Origin: Octopus vulgaris
Taxonomy: Eukaryota
Length of the DNA stretch: 64,000 bases
Direction of reading: 5' to 3'
NCBI GenBank assembly: GCA_951406725.2
Contig: OX597814.1
Coordinates: 6,572,001 to 6,636,000 of the forward strand
Under the pieces are notes generated by a model. That model ran no database searches, was not told the origin of the DNA, and saw only the letters and a program-made list of their open reading frames with translations. The translations under genes were made by a program, and so were the position numbers. This document shows, piece after piece, positions 28,001 to 40,727 of this stretch (the first letter of the stretch is position 1; each line of letters opens with the position of its first letter).

Positions 28001-29543
28001 TTGTTGCGAAATATTTTGTTGCCGCCTTGACTGGCTTCCGTGCCAGTGGTACGTAAAAAGCACCAACCGATCTTGGCCGTTTGCCAGCCTCCCCTGGCAC
28101 CTGTGCTGGTGGCACATAAAAAGCACCCACTACACTCACGGAGTGGTTGGCGTTTAGGAAGGGCATCCAGCTGTAGAAACATTGCCAGATCAGACTGGAG
28201 CCTGGTGCAGCCTCCTGGCTTCCCAGACCCTGGTCAAACTGTCCAACCCATGCCAGCATGGAAAGCGGACGTTAAACGATGATGATGAGTGGCAGACAAA
28301 ACCAGTTTTATATAGAACTGGAATTAGGTTGGTGAACAAAGACAGCCATATACACACACACACACGTATAACAGGCTTCCACACAGTTTCCATTTACCAT
28401 GTTCACTGTCAAAGCATTGGCTAGTGCAGTAGAAGACACATGGCTATGGGGGTTACGAGGTAAGCTTCTTCATACGGCTGTGCCTGCACTCACACACGCA
28501 CACAAATAGGGAATTGTATCCCTTCGCTTCTGCTGGTTACATTCCCCCCTCCCTACCTCTCATCCCTTTCCCTACACTATTTCCACCAATCACCTCCTTT
28601 CTCTGCTTTCACTCACTGTTCTCCCCCCCCCTCCACTATACTCCGTTCTTAATACTCTCACCTGCTTTCATTTTCAATTTCCTTTCATATCTATCTCCAT
28701 GCCCCTTGATGTATCTCTACATCTTCCTCTCTCCATTGCCTCTACTCCTTGCACACCAACCCACTGCTTTCTGATCTATCCACCTTCCTGAACCACCCCT
28801 ATATCTCTTACCTTATTCCCCTTCAACCACAGCCCCCATCCTTGTTCATCACCCTACTCCTCACTTGGCCCCTACCATGATCCACTGTCCATACCCACTC
28901 TTTCTTATTCCTTCAGCATTTATTCTAGCACCTCATTGCTCTCTTCCTTTCATCTCCTTCAGCCGTGTATCTCTCCTCTATAGCAAAACACCTGTACTTG
29001 CCCCTCTGCCCTTCTATCAGCCTATCAACCCCTGGCACACAGTCACCCATCTCTTTCTTCCCATCTCAAATACTCCCCCTCTTGGTAGTTGGAGCTTCTT
29101 CTTTGTCCCTGTTTTTTTCCTGTCTTGTCAGTTTACGTAGCAACCTCACTTGCGCCAATGGCAGGGGGGGGCAAAAAAAATCACCCTATACACTCTGTAA
29201 AGTGGTTTGGGGCTTGACACATTTGCGCAGCTTGCTGGTTCCTGTCAACCCAAGTCAGTCGGGAAAAAGTTGTTAAATGATGATGAAATAGAGATTTTAC
29301 TTCAGTCTAGTCAGTCTCTTGCTACTCTAAGTGTTGCCTGTTTGTCCAACCCATGCCGGCATGGAAAGCGGACATTCGATGACGACAGAAATGATGATGA
29401 TGAGTTCACAAAATTTATAACTTGTCTGAAGATCCTGTGTACCAACTAGCGAAAATTAGAGTCACAAAAAACTAACTTGACAAATAAAGCTTACCATTAA
29501 TCTCTACTGTGGTATTCAGAAGGCTTTCATTTCTGACACTTAA

Positions 29544-29597
<54 letters not shown>

Positions 29598-29602
<5 letters not shown>

Positions 29603-30420
29603 TCGTAAGCCACTACACACATTTTTTTCTCTCCTTGTTTTTTTCTGTGTCCCTTTCTGTAGAAGAGCGTAGGCTCAAAACATAAAAGACTTTTTCTATT
29701 CCTGAGCGTTATACTAATACATCTGTTTGTTATTTACACCACCTGTCTTCGTCTTTTGTTATATATATATATATGTATATGTGTGTATATGTATATGTGT
29801 GTATATGTATATGTGTGTATATGTGTGTGTGTGTATATGTATGTGTATGTGTGTGTATATGTATGTGTGTGTATATGTATGTGTGTGTATGTATGTGTAT
29901 GTGTGTGCATATTTATGTGTGCATTTGTATGTGTATGTGTGTATATGTGTGTATGTATGTGTGCGTATGTGTGTGTGTGTGTGTATGTCTATGTGTGTGT
30001 CTGTATGTGTGTGTGTATATGTGAGTCTGTATAGACATACACACACACACATACGCACACATAAATATGCACACACACATACATATACATACACACACAC
30101 ATACATATACACACACATACATATACACACACATACACATACATACATATACACATACACACACACATACATACACACACATATACACACATATACATAT
30201 ACACACATATACATATACACACATATACATATACACACATATACATATATATATATAACAAAAGACGAAGACAGGTGGTGTAAATAACAAACAGATGTAT
30301 TAGTATAACGCTCAGGAATAGAAAAAGTCTTTTATGTTTTGAGCCTACGCTCTTCTACAGAAAGGGACACAGAAAAAAACAAGGAGAGAAAAAAAATGTG
30401 TGTAGTGGCTTACGATCTAT
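29598..30420. repeat. ~820-bp inverted repeat: ~165-bp apparently identical outer arms plus mirrored TG/CA microsatellite
   Basis: atagatcgtaagccactacacac... versus ...gtgtgtagtggcttacgatctat. Centre near 30030. Confidence 0.95.
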
Positions 30421-30434
30421 CATGGCGACTGATA

Positions 30435-30480
<46 letters not shown>

Positions 30481-31113
30481 CATACATATACACACACATA
30501 CATACATACAATGTAGATTGGATTAAAATCCAAGTTGTGTCCTCTTGAAGCAATCTTGCTTATTTCAGTATTTCAAATCTGTGGATGTTATATTTGTGTG
30601 AAATATTCACAAGAGTTGAAAACTCTGGGAAATATTTTTTTGCAGAGTAATGTGTTTCATTTGCAGGAGATGCAAAACTCTGTGTGTTTGATGAACATAA
30701 GAAATTCTTCTGAGAGAGAATCAAACACTACATTCTCAGTCTGAAGAATTTCCAATAAGAGATATTTTGCCTGTCTTCTAATATCTGTACAGTTTTGTAA
30801 TTCCTACTAGCTAATGAAACATGTGTAATGGTGAATAAATAATGGCAAAAAGTTTTCCAATCTCCTGTTTTTTACACACACACACGTGTGTGTGTGTATA
30901 TCACCATCATCATCATCATCGTTTAGCATCCGCTTTCCATGCTAGCATGGGTTGGATGGTTCAACTGGGGTCTGAGAAGCCAGAAGGCTGCACCAAGCCC
31001 AGTCTGATCTGGCAATGTTTCTACGGCTGGATGCCCTTCCTAACGCCAACCACTCCGTGAGTGTAATGGGTGCTTTTTATGATCCAAATAAGCAACAAGG
31101 ATATCCAAGGTAG

Positions 31114-31201
31114 TGTAGTACAATCGTTTCATGCTACTTCATTTTATTAAACAATGTAAGTATTACATCAGTTTTAAAATGTAAAGCAATCTTCAGCCAC
31201 A
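31114..31201 (-). ncRNA. Type-I hammerhead motif, inverted copy of 15342-15429
   Basis: tgtagtacaatcgtttcatgctac...agcaatcttcagccaca is the reverse complement of 15342-15429. Confidence 0.75.
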
Positions 31202-32098
31202 TATAGAATTGTTTTAATTAAATGGACAATGTACATTTTTATACTTATTTCATTTGCCAACATTATATATATATATAAAACAGTAACCGCTCGAAAAACT
31301 TTATATCTCGTTCAGAGATTTATTATTATATATATATATATGAGAGAAAGAGAGATGAGCAGGGAAGTATTTTTGGTGACCAATGGAAGTAGTTTTGGAT
31401 GCAGGAAATAGGGAGGATTAGCAGTGAAGTCTCCCATATTTTAGTTAGCATCTCCCTTCATTTTTAGTTGGGTCCATGATACAGATACAACCAGTGGATA
31501 TCTTACTTTAATGATTTTCCTTTGTAAGATAACACAGTTTTTTAAAAGCTCTGTGAATGTAAGATAAAATCATAAACATTGCTAAATAGGTTTTTTCCCC
31601 CTTGCCCCCCCCCTCCTCAATCACACATTCACAATCACCAAATTGTAGAATTGTGAACATCTCTATATTTTAATAGACTATGTTTAGATATCTTAGGGAA
31701 ACTGACACAATTTATGTTGAGTGGTTTTTGAAAATGAAAAAAAAAAAACCCAAAAAAACTTCGAGTGGTGTACGACTTGCAATCTATCAAGAAACAAGCT
31801 TTTACAGAAATGAAAGTTTTATTTCATTTCTGCCATCAATAAATATTAAATGACTGCAAAGTGGTTCCTACTGCAGCAGCACCAGTGTTTGGCAGCAGAG
31901 TATTCCTCTTTTACTTGTTTCAGTCTTTTGACTGCGGCCATGCTGGAGCACCGCCTTTAGTCGAGCAAATCGACCCCAGGACTTATTCTTTGTAAGCCTA
32001 CTACTTATTCTATCGGTCTGTTTTGCCGAACCGCTAAGTTACGGCGACGTAAACACACCAGCATCGGTTGTCAAGTGATGTTTGGGAGACAAACACAG

Positions 32099-32137
<39 letters not shown>

Positions 32138-33968
32138 ACAAAGTTGAGTTGTGGGGTATCGCACGAGTGGAATTATATACGAAAGAAGGTTTGAAAATGC
32201 AATTTAAAAGATGTTTATTTACTTTACCGGTTTCACTCTTTGGAAAAAGATTGTCAAAAGTAACATGTGGAAGTTTGGTTGCGTTAATTATTGGTTGTTG
32301 CAAATTGCTACATTACATATATATATACAGTCTTTGGTAACAGGGACATGTTATGGACATAAAAAAGTACAACAGTATGTTGAGAATATAAAGAGGTTTA
32401 ACAAGCTCATTGAAAAAATGGGCAGAAAAGATTAAAACAAATATATTATACATCTCAGGGTAATTTCCAGGAGAAATTATTAAAAAAGTTCAGTACAGAA
32501 TATTATGAATTCAAAAAGATTTACATTAATGTAGTGCTGAGGTTGTTACTGACCTGTCCGTTTTCGCAGAAATATATATATATACGACGGGCTTCTTTCA
32601 GTTTCCATCTACCAAATCCACTCACAAGGCTTTGGTCGACCTGAGGCTATAGTAGAAGACACTTGCCCAAGGTGCCACACAGTGGAACTGAACCTGGAAC
32701 CACATGGTTGGTACACAAGCTACTTACCACACAGTCACTCCTGCGCCTGTTGGTTCCTGTTGGTTTCACTTCAAACTTGGTAGGCTCCTGGCACTCCATC
32801 AGTTGTGTCAACTAATGTTCCAGTTGAGCCAACCAACGGAACAGCCAGTTCATGAAATTCGCATGCAAGTGGCTGAGTACTCCATAGACATGTTTACTCT
32901 AAATGTAGTTCTCAAGGAGATTCAGTGTGACGCAGATTGTAACAAGGTACAATACGGGTTTTCCAACTGATTGAACTGGAGCAACGTGAAGGAAAGTGTC
33001 TTGCTTAAGGACACAAGGCATCGCCAGGAATCGAACTCACAACTTTATGATTGTGAGCTGACTACCCTAACCACTTAGCTTCATGCTTTTCACTCTCATC
33101 ATCATTCAATATCTGTTTTCCATGCTGGCATGGGTTGGATGATCTGACAAGAACAGGTAAGGCTGGGGGCTTCACCAGGTTCCGTTGTTTGTTCTGGCCA
33201 TAGTTTCTATGACTGGACGCCCTTGTACAATGCATAAGATGACATTTCCATCAACTGGCGCCATCCTTATAATTATTAGATGAATACTCCATCTAGGGGA
33301 GGGGAGGTGGGGCTCAAAGAGGCCACAAACAAGAAAGATTACTTCAATAAAATCAGTTAATCCAAAATTTTGAACACATTAGACAATGTAGGCAGGAGAT
33401 GGCAACTGGTTAATGTAATGAATAGGATTGGGTTTCCACCTGTATAGGGAAATATCTTCAGAACACAGAATGCTGGTTTTGAGATGGTATCCACCTAAGA
33501 CTGAGGGTCAGCAGTGTTTGTGTGTGTGTGTGTAGTGAGAGAGAGAAAGTAGTGGCGCTGCTATGATTTTCAGCAACACAGCTAGAAACGTATTCAGAGG
33601 AGTTTTTTTCTGTTTGATAAATATAAGCTCAATAGGAGTTAACTCCCATGTTGTGTTTTTACCTTTTAGATATCAAAAGGGAGTTTTTGTATACTAATAA
33701 CTTACATAGCTTAATTCAACTGAAATTTCTCATTCTTTGTATTATGCACGTGAGACAGTATTTCGCAGAAAGAAACCAACCCTGAAGCATTTTTAGTCAC
33801 CCTTTATTGATATTTATAACAAGTGTCTCTATTTTCTCTCTCCCCACTTTCCAATCCCATAATGTAGGTTTAAGACCCTACTGCAGGGCATCATGGGCAA
33901 GTGTCTTCTACTGTAGCCTCAAGCTGATCAAAGCCTTGTCAGTGAACTTGGCAGACAGTCTGAACAGC

Positions 33969-34022
<54 letters not shown>

Positions 34023-34526
34023 CCTTTCTTTTATCTTTTACGGGTTTCAGTCAGAGACTGAGGCCATGCTGGTGCACCACCTTTACTGCATCCGAGGATT
34101 TTTCCAGTATTGCTTCTGGTTTATGAAACTAGTTCTGTATTCACCACGGTAACTTTAAAATAAACTTCATTCATCTCAACCACATTCTACAATCATTTCA
34201 TCTCAAGGAGATTTGCCAATGTTTTATTGAAACATTGATCATTCAACACACAGGGAAGATAAGGTTTTTTAACCGCTCTTCTTCCTCTCTCTATCATCAT
34301 CATCGTGTAACGTCTGCTTTCCATGCTGGCATGGGTTGAGCAGTCTGACTGAGGATTGGCAATCCAGAACGCTGCACCAGGCTCCACTCTGATCTGGCAA
34401 GGTTTCTACAGCTGGATGCCCTTCCTAATGCCAACCATTCTGAGAGTGTAGTGGGTGCATTTTACGTGCCATTGGCACGAGGGCCAGTTGGGTGGTACTG
34501 GCATCAGCCATGACAATGATTTCTAT

Positions 34527-34565
<39 letters not shown>

Positions 34566-35183
34566 TACATACAAATTATTTATATATATATATATTAATA
34601 AAAGGAATTCCAACCTTGTCTGATTTTCAAATTTTATTTACAATCTTATAATGATATAAGATAATATAATATAATATAATAAAATAAAATAAAATAGTAG
34701 AATGTTAAATGTTCATTCTGATTGAACTAGTACTTTCATGCATTAAATTCTGCAATCTTCAGGTTCATGTAGTAGTGGTGACAGTCATGCTTCACAATTT
34801 TTGACTGTAGCGAGATGATTGAATCTGTGCCTTAAATACAGCTGTGTAGGCTCCAGATTGCTAGGTTTTGCAAACTGTATTCTGACCAATCTGTGTAGTA
34901 TCACTCAATTACTTAAGCTGATTGGTTTAGGCGTCATGCTTTGTTGGACATGTCAAGAGTCCTGTATCTTAACCCTGGCCGAGGCAGCATTTGTTGGGCT
35001 ATTTTTAGAAATGTTGTAAATAGCCTTTGTCAGAGATTTTTATATTTTTATATTTCAATTGTCATCATCATCATTGTCAGCACCATAATTATTGTTGCTA
35101 GTGGTGATGGTGGTGGCAATAGAACTTTTAACCCTAAATAAGATAATTTTCCTGCTATCTAAGTATTATTATTATTATTTTTT

Positions 35184-35478
35184 ATTTAGCTTGGGTTCGA
35201 ATTTATCAATAAAATTCTTTTCTCTGATTTTCCTCTCGATTTCACTTGGGCTGTGTAATTTGTAGAATGGAAATATATATATTTTTCCGACCACATGTTG
35301 CTAGGTGGTTACTCAAAGGTATCTGACGGACATCTGGGTCTCTAATCTGTTCTTGGTGTACACGTGAGCATTCTGATAGTGCATTTCCCGTCTGACCTAC
35401 ATATATTTCTTCACAATTTGGGCATTTGATACAGTAAATTAAATTTCTGATTTTGCAGTTCGTATTCGCGCTAATGAT
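35184..35478 (-). mobile_element. Penelope-like GIY-YIG endonuclease fragment (different family), one frameshift
   Basis: Manual translation: NCKIRNLIYCIKCPNCEEIYVGQTGNALSECSRVHQEQIRDPDVRQIPLSNHLATCG / FPFYKLHSPSEIERKIREKNFIDKFEPKLN. Missed by the ORF track. Confidence 0.88.
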
Positions 35479-35572
35479 CTAAGTGATATGATATATATGT
35501 AAAAAATGTAATATATAAATAAATATCTGTAAATATAAACCATCCGATCTTCTAATTACCTCATTTCTTCTA

Positions 35573-35635
<63 letters not shown>

Positions 35636-35643
35636 CATATATG

Positions 35644-35707
<64 letters not shown>

Positions 35708-35710
35708 GAA

Positions 35711-36372
35711 TCATCATCATCATCATTTAGCGTCCGCTTTCCATGCCTGGTTTCCTAACGCCAACCACTCCGAGAGTGTAGTGGGTGCTTTTTACGTGCC
35801 ACCCGCACAGGTGCCAGACGGAGCTGGCAAACGGCCACGAATGGATGGTGCTTTTACGTGCCACCGGCATGGGGGCCAGGCAAGGCTGGCAACGGACACG
35901 AACGGATGGTGCTTTTACGTGCCACCGGCACGGAGGCCAGACGGGGCAGCGCTGGCAACGGCCACGATCGGATGGTTCACTTAACCACAGCTGCAGTTTC
36001 CATTGAAGTTGAGCGACTTCGATTTTGGTTCTGCTTTCTGATATCTGATTTGATTTGGTTTGATTTTGATTTGATTTGATTTGATTTTCACTTGTCTCAA
36101 CGGGTCTTCACAAGTGGAGTTTTGTGTCCCAAGAAGGAAAGGTATGTAGGCCACAGGTTATGTTCTCACTGGTCTTGCCGGGTCTTCTCACGCACAGCAT
36201 ACTTCCATAGGTCTCGGTCTCTAGTCATTTCCTTGGTGAGACCTAAAGTTCGAAGGTCGTGTTTCACCACCTTGTCCCAGGTTTTCCTGGGTCTACCTCT
36301 TCCACTGGTTCCCTCAACTGCTAGGGTGTGGCACTTTCGCACACAACTATCTTCAGCCATTCTCGTCACATG
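35711..36372 (-). mobile_element. RTE-clade LINE 3' end: RT C-terminus, 3' UTR with ~60-nt tandem units, (GAT)n tail
   Basis: ORF HVTRMAEDSCVRKCHTLAVEGTSGRGRPRKTWDKVVKHDLRTLGLTKEMTRDRDLWKYAV is contiguous with the common repeat tail, which identifies the parent element. Confidence 0.88.
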
Positions 36373-36690
36373 AATATTAGAAAAAAACCCACTTTTTATC
36401 AATTCAAAATGAATAATTAAATTACACCATCTAGAAAATTATATATAATAGAAAACTTAAAATTAAAATGACAATTAAAAAGTAAAGATTAAGTAAATTA
36501 CAAGAATAATGTAATGTATAAATTAGGTTTTTCTCCCTATTTTATACATTACATTATTCTTGTAATTTACTTAATCTTTACTTTTTAATTGTCATTTTAA
36601 TTTTAAGTTTTCTATTATATATAATTTTCTAGATGGTGTAATTTAATTATTCATTTTGAATTGATAAAAGGTGGTTTTTTTCTAATATTC
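36372..36690. repeat. Near-perfect AT-rich palindrome, ~150-bp arms and ~18-nt loop
   Basis: gaatattagaaaaaaac...gtaatgtataaa / tttatacattac...ttttttctaatattc. Confidence 0.95.
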
Positions 36691-36776
36691 TATATATATT
36701 ATATTGTGTGGAATTTGATTTAGTATTCCTAAATTGAACTCTTTTTCCTTGTAAGTTTGGATTTTATTCTCTCAGA

Positions 36777-36809
<33 letters not shown>

Positions 36810-36812
<3 letters not shown>

Positions 36813-37622
36813 ATCATTATTTAAATATCAATCTTATCAAGTGGCCAGCATGATACGCGCATATATATATGTATGTATGTATATATTCATATATGTAAGT
36901 ATTCGTATGTTATATATATATATATATATATTTGTATTTATGTGCTATCTGAGTATATTCCACTGATGAAAGCAGAGCATTTCTTATGCAGATCCAGAAG
37001 TCCGGGATCTGGGATTATCCAGTAATTTTTTGCTAGTTTATTTTGTCTTTTTGTTTTCTCTCCTGGTGCTGTATGAACATTTAATGTGGTTTTAGAGTCA
37101 AGTTTTGGCTACTATTTCCAGTGTGGTGGTTTCTCTTAGATACCCTAAATTATCATTTTAATAATAATTATTACCTTTGAAGGTTTTTATTCACATGCTG
37201 GCCACTTGATAAGATTGATATTTAAATTAACGATCTTATCCTTATTTATATAAATTTTAAATTTATTTCATCGCTGTATTTACTGAGGTGATGTTTTAAC
37301 CATATCACATGAGACGTTATAGGTGGGCAATGTAAACTGGTCGTGTGCATATATATATATGTATACGTTTGTATATGTAAGTATTCATATGTTATATGTA
37401 TATATATGTGTATTTATGTTACTTTCTGACGAGACAAAGCATTTCTTTTGCAAAGCCAGAAGTCTGGGATCTGGGATTATCCAGTAATTTTTTGCTAGTT
37501 TATTTTGTCCTTTTGTTTTCTCTCCTGGTGCTGTATGAACATTTAATGGGGTTTTAGAGTCAAGTTTCGGCTGCTATTTCCAGCATGGTGGTATCTCTTA
37601 GATACCCTAAATTATCATTTTA
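36810..37622. repeat. Tandem duplicate (~36860-37160 and ~37345-37622) with a short inverted terminal copy (36810-36852 / 37194-37239)
   Basis: gggatctgggattatccagtaattttttgctagtttattttgtc occurs twice; atatcaatcttatcaagtggccagcatg is inverted. Confidence 0.85.
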
Positions 37623-38107
37623 TATATGAGGAAAGTGAAATCAAATTCGATGACTGGCATCCGTGCTAGTGGAGCACTAAGAGCACCATTCGAGCGTGAT
37701 TGTTGCCAGAGCAGTAAACTGGCTTCTGTGCCGGTGGCACATAAAAAGCACCATTCGAGTGTGATCGTTACCAGTGTCACCTTACTGGCACTTATGCCAG
37801 TGGCACACGAAACAAACATTCGAGTGAGGTCATTGCCAGTGCTGCTGGACTGGCTCCTTTGCAGGTGGCACATAAAAAACACTTTTTGAGTGTGGCCGTT
37901 GCCAGTACTGCCTAACTGGCCCTCATGCTGGTGGCACGTAAAAGCACCCAATACACTCTTGGAGTGGCTGGCGTTATGAAGGGCATCCAGCTATAGAAAC
38001 TCTGCCAGATCAGACTGGAGCCTGGTGCAGCCACCTGGTTCGCCAGTCCTCAGTCAAATCGTCCAACCCATGCCAGCATGAAAGCAGACATTAAACGATG
38101 ATGATGA

Positions 38108-38920
38108 TATGTATGTATGCGTGTGTATATATCTATATATTTATGTATGTGTGTGTATATATCTATATATTTATTTTGTGTGTGTATATATCTATGTATT
38201 ATGTATGTGTATATATCTATATATGTATGTATGTGTGTGTGTGTATATATATGTATGTATGAATGTGTGTGTGTATGTGTATATATCTATATATGTATGT
38301 ATGTGTGTGTGTGTATATATATGTATGTATGTATGTGTGTGTGTATATATATGTATGTATGAATGTGTGTGTGTATGTGTATATATCTATATATGTATGT
38401 ATGTGTGTGTGTGTATATATATGTATGTATGTATGTGTGTGTGTGTATATATATGTATGTATGAATGTGTGTGTGTATATATATATATATCATATGTATG
38501 TATGGATGTGTGTGTGTATATATGTATGAATGTGTGTGTATATATATCTATGTATGTATGAATGTGTATATATCTATATATGTATGTTTGTGTGTATATA
38601 TATATATGTATGTATGTTTGTGTATATATATATATGTATGTATGTTTGTGTATATATGTATGTATGTCCATGCATATATGTATGTATGTCCATGCATATA
38701 TCTATGTATGTGTGTGTATATGTATCTATATATGTATGTATGTCCATGCATATATCTATGTATGTGTGTGTATATGTATCTATATATGTATGTATGTCCG
38801 TGCATATATCTACGTATGTATGTGTGGATATATCTATATGTATGTATTATGTATGTGTGTGTGTATATATCCCTATAGGTATGTATGTATGTATCTATGT
38901 GCGTGTGTATGTATATATAT
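38108..38920. repeat. Complex (TG/TA/TATG) microsatellite with higher-order ~40-80-nt units
   Basis: Read directly; it is the source of many spurious ORFs. Confidence 0.92.
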
Positions 38921-39007
38921 TATATAATATATTGTTATAAGAATTTTTTGCGTAATACGATAAAAAACCCAAAGCTGTGTAGATATTAGAGCATTTATAG
39001 ATAGAAG

Positions 39008-39063
39008 GTCTTACAGCTGTTTCTAGGATATTAATTAATTAATGATATCCCTTCATCAGAGAC
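39008..39063 (-). ncRNA. Minimal type-I hammerhead ribozyme, inverted twin of 39122-39177
   Basis: Reverse complement reads gtct-CTGATGA-agggatatcattaattaattaatatcct-a-GAAAC-AGCT-GTA-agac. Confidence 0.85.
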
Positions 39064-39121
39064 TGTGTGAGAGGAAAAATTAAGTCATAGTTTCGATGAC
39101 TTAATTTTTCCTCTCCACACA

Positions 39122-39177
39122 GTCTCTGATGAAGGGATAATATTAATTAATTAATATCCTAGAAACAGCTGTAAGAC
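39122..39177 (+). ncRNA. Minimal type-I hammerhead ribozyme, intact core
   Basis: gtct-CTGATGA-a-gggata...tatcct-a-GAAAC-AGCT-GTA-agac. Stem I gtct/agac, stem II gggata/tatcct, palindromic stem-loop III ACAGCTGT. Predicted cleavage after A39173 (GUA). Confidence 0.85.
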
Positions 39178-39430
39178 CTTCTATCTATAAATGCTCTAAT
39201 ATCTACACAGCCTTGGTTTTTTTATCTTATTACGCAAAAAATTCTTATATACACACATGCTGACATAGAACCAACGTTGAACCACTTATTCACAATATTA
39301 CCGAATCTGGAACTTAACTATGGTCTGTCTATAGCATTTATTCAGCCTTACCTGACACATTTGGGTCTCAATAACACCATTATCTCTTATTATATATTTT
39401 TATGTTACTTATACAAATTTCCCATTTTAT

Positions 39431-39520
39431 ATCTCTGAGGGGCAGAAGAGTTGTCTATAAATGCTTATCAATATAGGATTCTATTATAGGCACAACATTT
39501 CTGCGAAACGATTGTAAGAT
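39431..39520 (+). ncRNA. Type-I hammerhead-like motif with long stem II and one core substitution
   Basis: atct-CTGAGGG-gcagaa...ttctgc-GAAAC-GATT-GTA-agat. Stem I atct/agat; core position A9 reads G. Predicted site after A39516. Confidence 0.65.
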
Positions 39521-40727
39521 GCTTTAAAAACTTGATTCGAAACTGTCATATTTATTATTATATATTTATACTTATACATATTTACATGTATTTATATTTT
39601 TAATATAACAATTATTCTACACACGTATATATCTTTCTGAAGAATTTTCTGATATTGATTTCCTAATATCAATAATAATATATTATTAATATATATATAT
39701 ATATATAATCACTCGTATTAAATGCATAAATACTTTAATAGTATTAATACTTTGATACAATAGAGCACTCAATATAAATTCAGTGTAGAATATTCTCACT
39801 GAATATATTTAACTAAAGATTTACATGTATATATATATATATATCATCATCATCATTTAGCGTCCGCTTTCCATGCTAGCATGGGTTGGACGGTTCAACT
39901 GGGGTCTGTGAAGCCAGAAGGCTGCATCAGGCCCAGTCTGATCTGGCAGTGTTTCTACGGTTGGATGCCCTTCCTAACGCCAACAACTCCGGAGTGTAGT
40001 GGGTGCTTTTTACGTGCCACCGGCATAGGTGCCAGATGGGGCTGGCAAATGGCCACGGACGGATGGTGCTTTTTATGTGCCACCGGTACGGGGGCCAGGC
40101 GAGGCTGGCAACGGCCACAATCGGATGGTGCGCTGCTAAGATATCACAAAAACTGTTACTCAGACTTTCCTGTTCCCTTTTGTTGGACAGTTTTGGTATG
40201 TAAATAATATATATATATTTACATCTCGCTTAGAGTAAAATGTAGACTGTATGACGCATGTGTGCAAAGAGCCATGATACATGGTAGTGAAACATGGGCC
40301 ATGACTGCAGAGGACATGCATAAGCCTGCAAGGAATGAAGCTAGTAGGCACCGCTGGATGTGTAATGCCAGTGTGCATATACAAGAGTGTGTAAGTGCCT
40401 TGAGAAAAATGTTGGACATAAGAAACATCAGATGTGGTATGCAAGTGAGATGTCTGCACTGGTATGGTCATGTGTTGCATATGGATGAGCCTCAATTTGG
40501 AATGTCTGTCTACTGCCTCACCCCTACCCCTAACAGATACTTCCCTCTGTTCTCTCAGCCTTAGATATACAAGGGACTTGATAGACTAGTCTATAAATTA
40601 AAACTGACTCCATAAAGACAAAAAATCAGTGACAGGTAGAGTTTTCTTGATAATTTTAGTAACTTCTATGCTGAAGTAGAGAGACAACATGTTTTTTGTC
40701 TATCCCCTTAACTTCTTGGAGATTTAA

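Larger units (their letters stand above)
38936..39249. repeat. Palindrome with ~150-bp arms and 7-nt loop, carrying two back-to-back hammerheads
   Basis: Centre gaggaaaaattaagtcat-agtttcg-atgacttaatttttcctc; few mismatches between arms. Confidence 0.95.

Noticed and set aside
29727-30290. Long ORFs rich in Y/V/C/M/H/T (also 38109-38940, 55558-57590, 61065-61694)
   Set aside because: Translations of TG/CA/TA microsatellites.
36963-37010. CTGATGA (also CTGACGA at about 37426 and ctgatgag at 13421 and 13477) as hammerheads
   Set aside because: No downstream GAAA with stem III and stem I complement.
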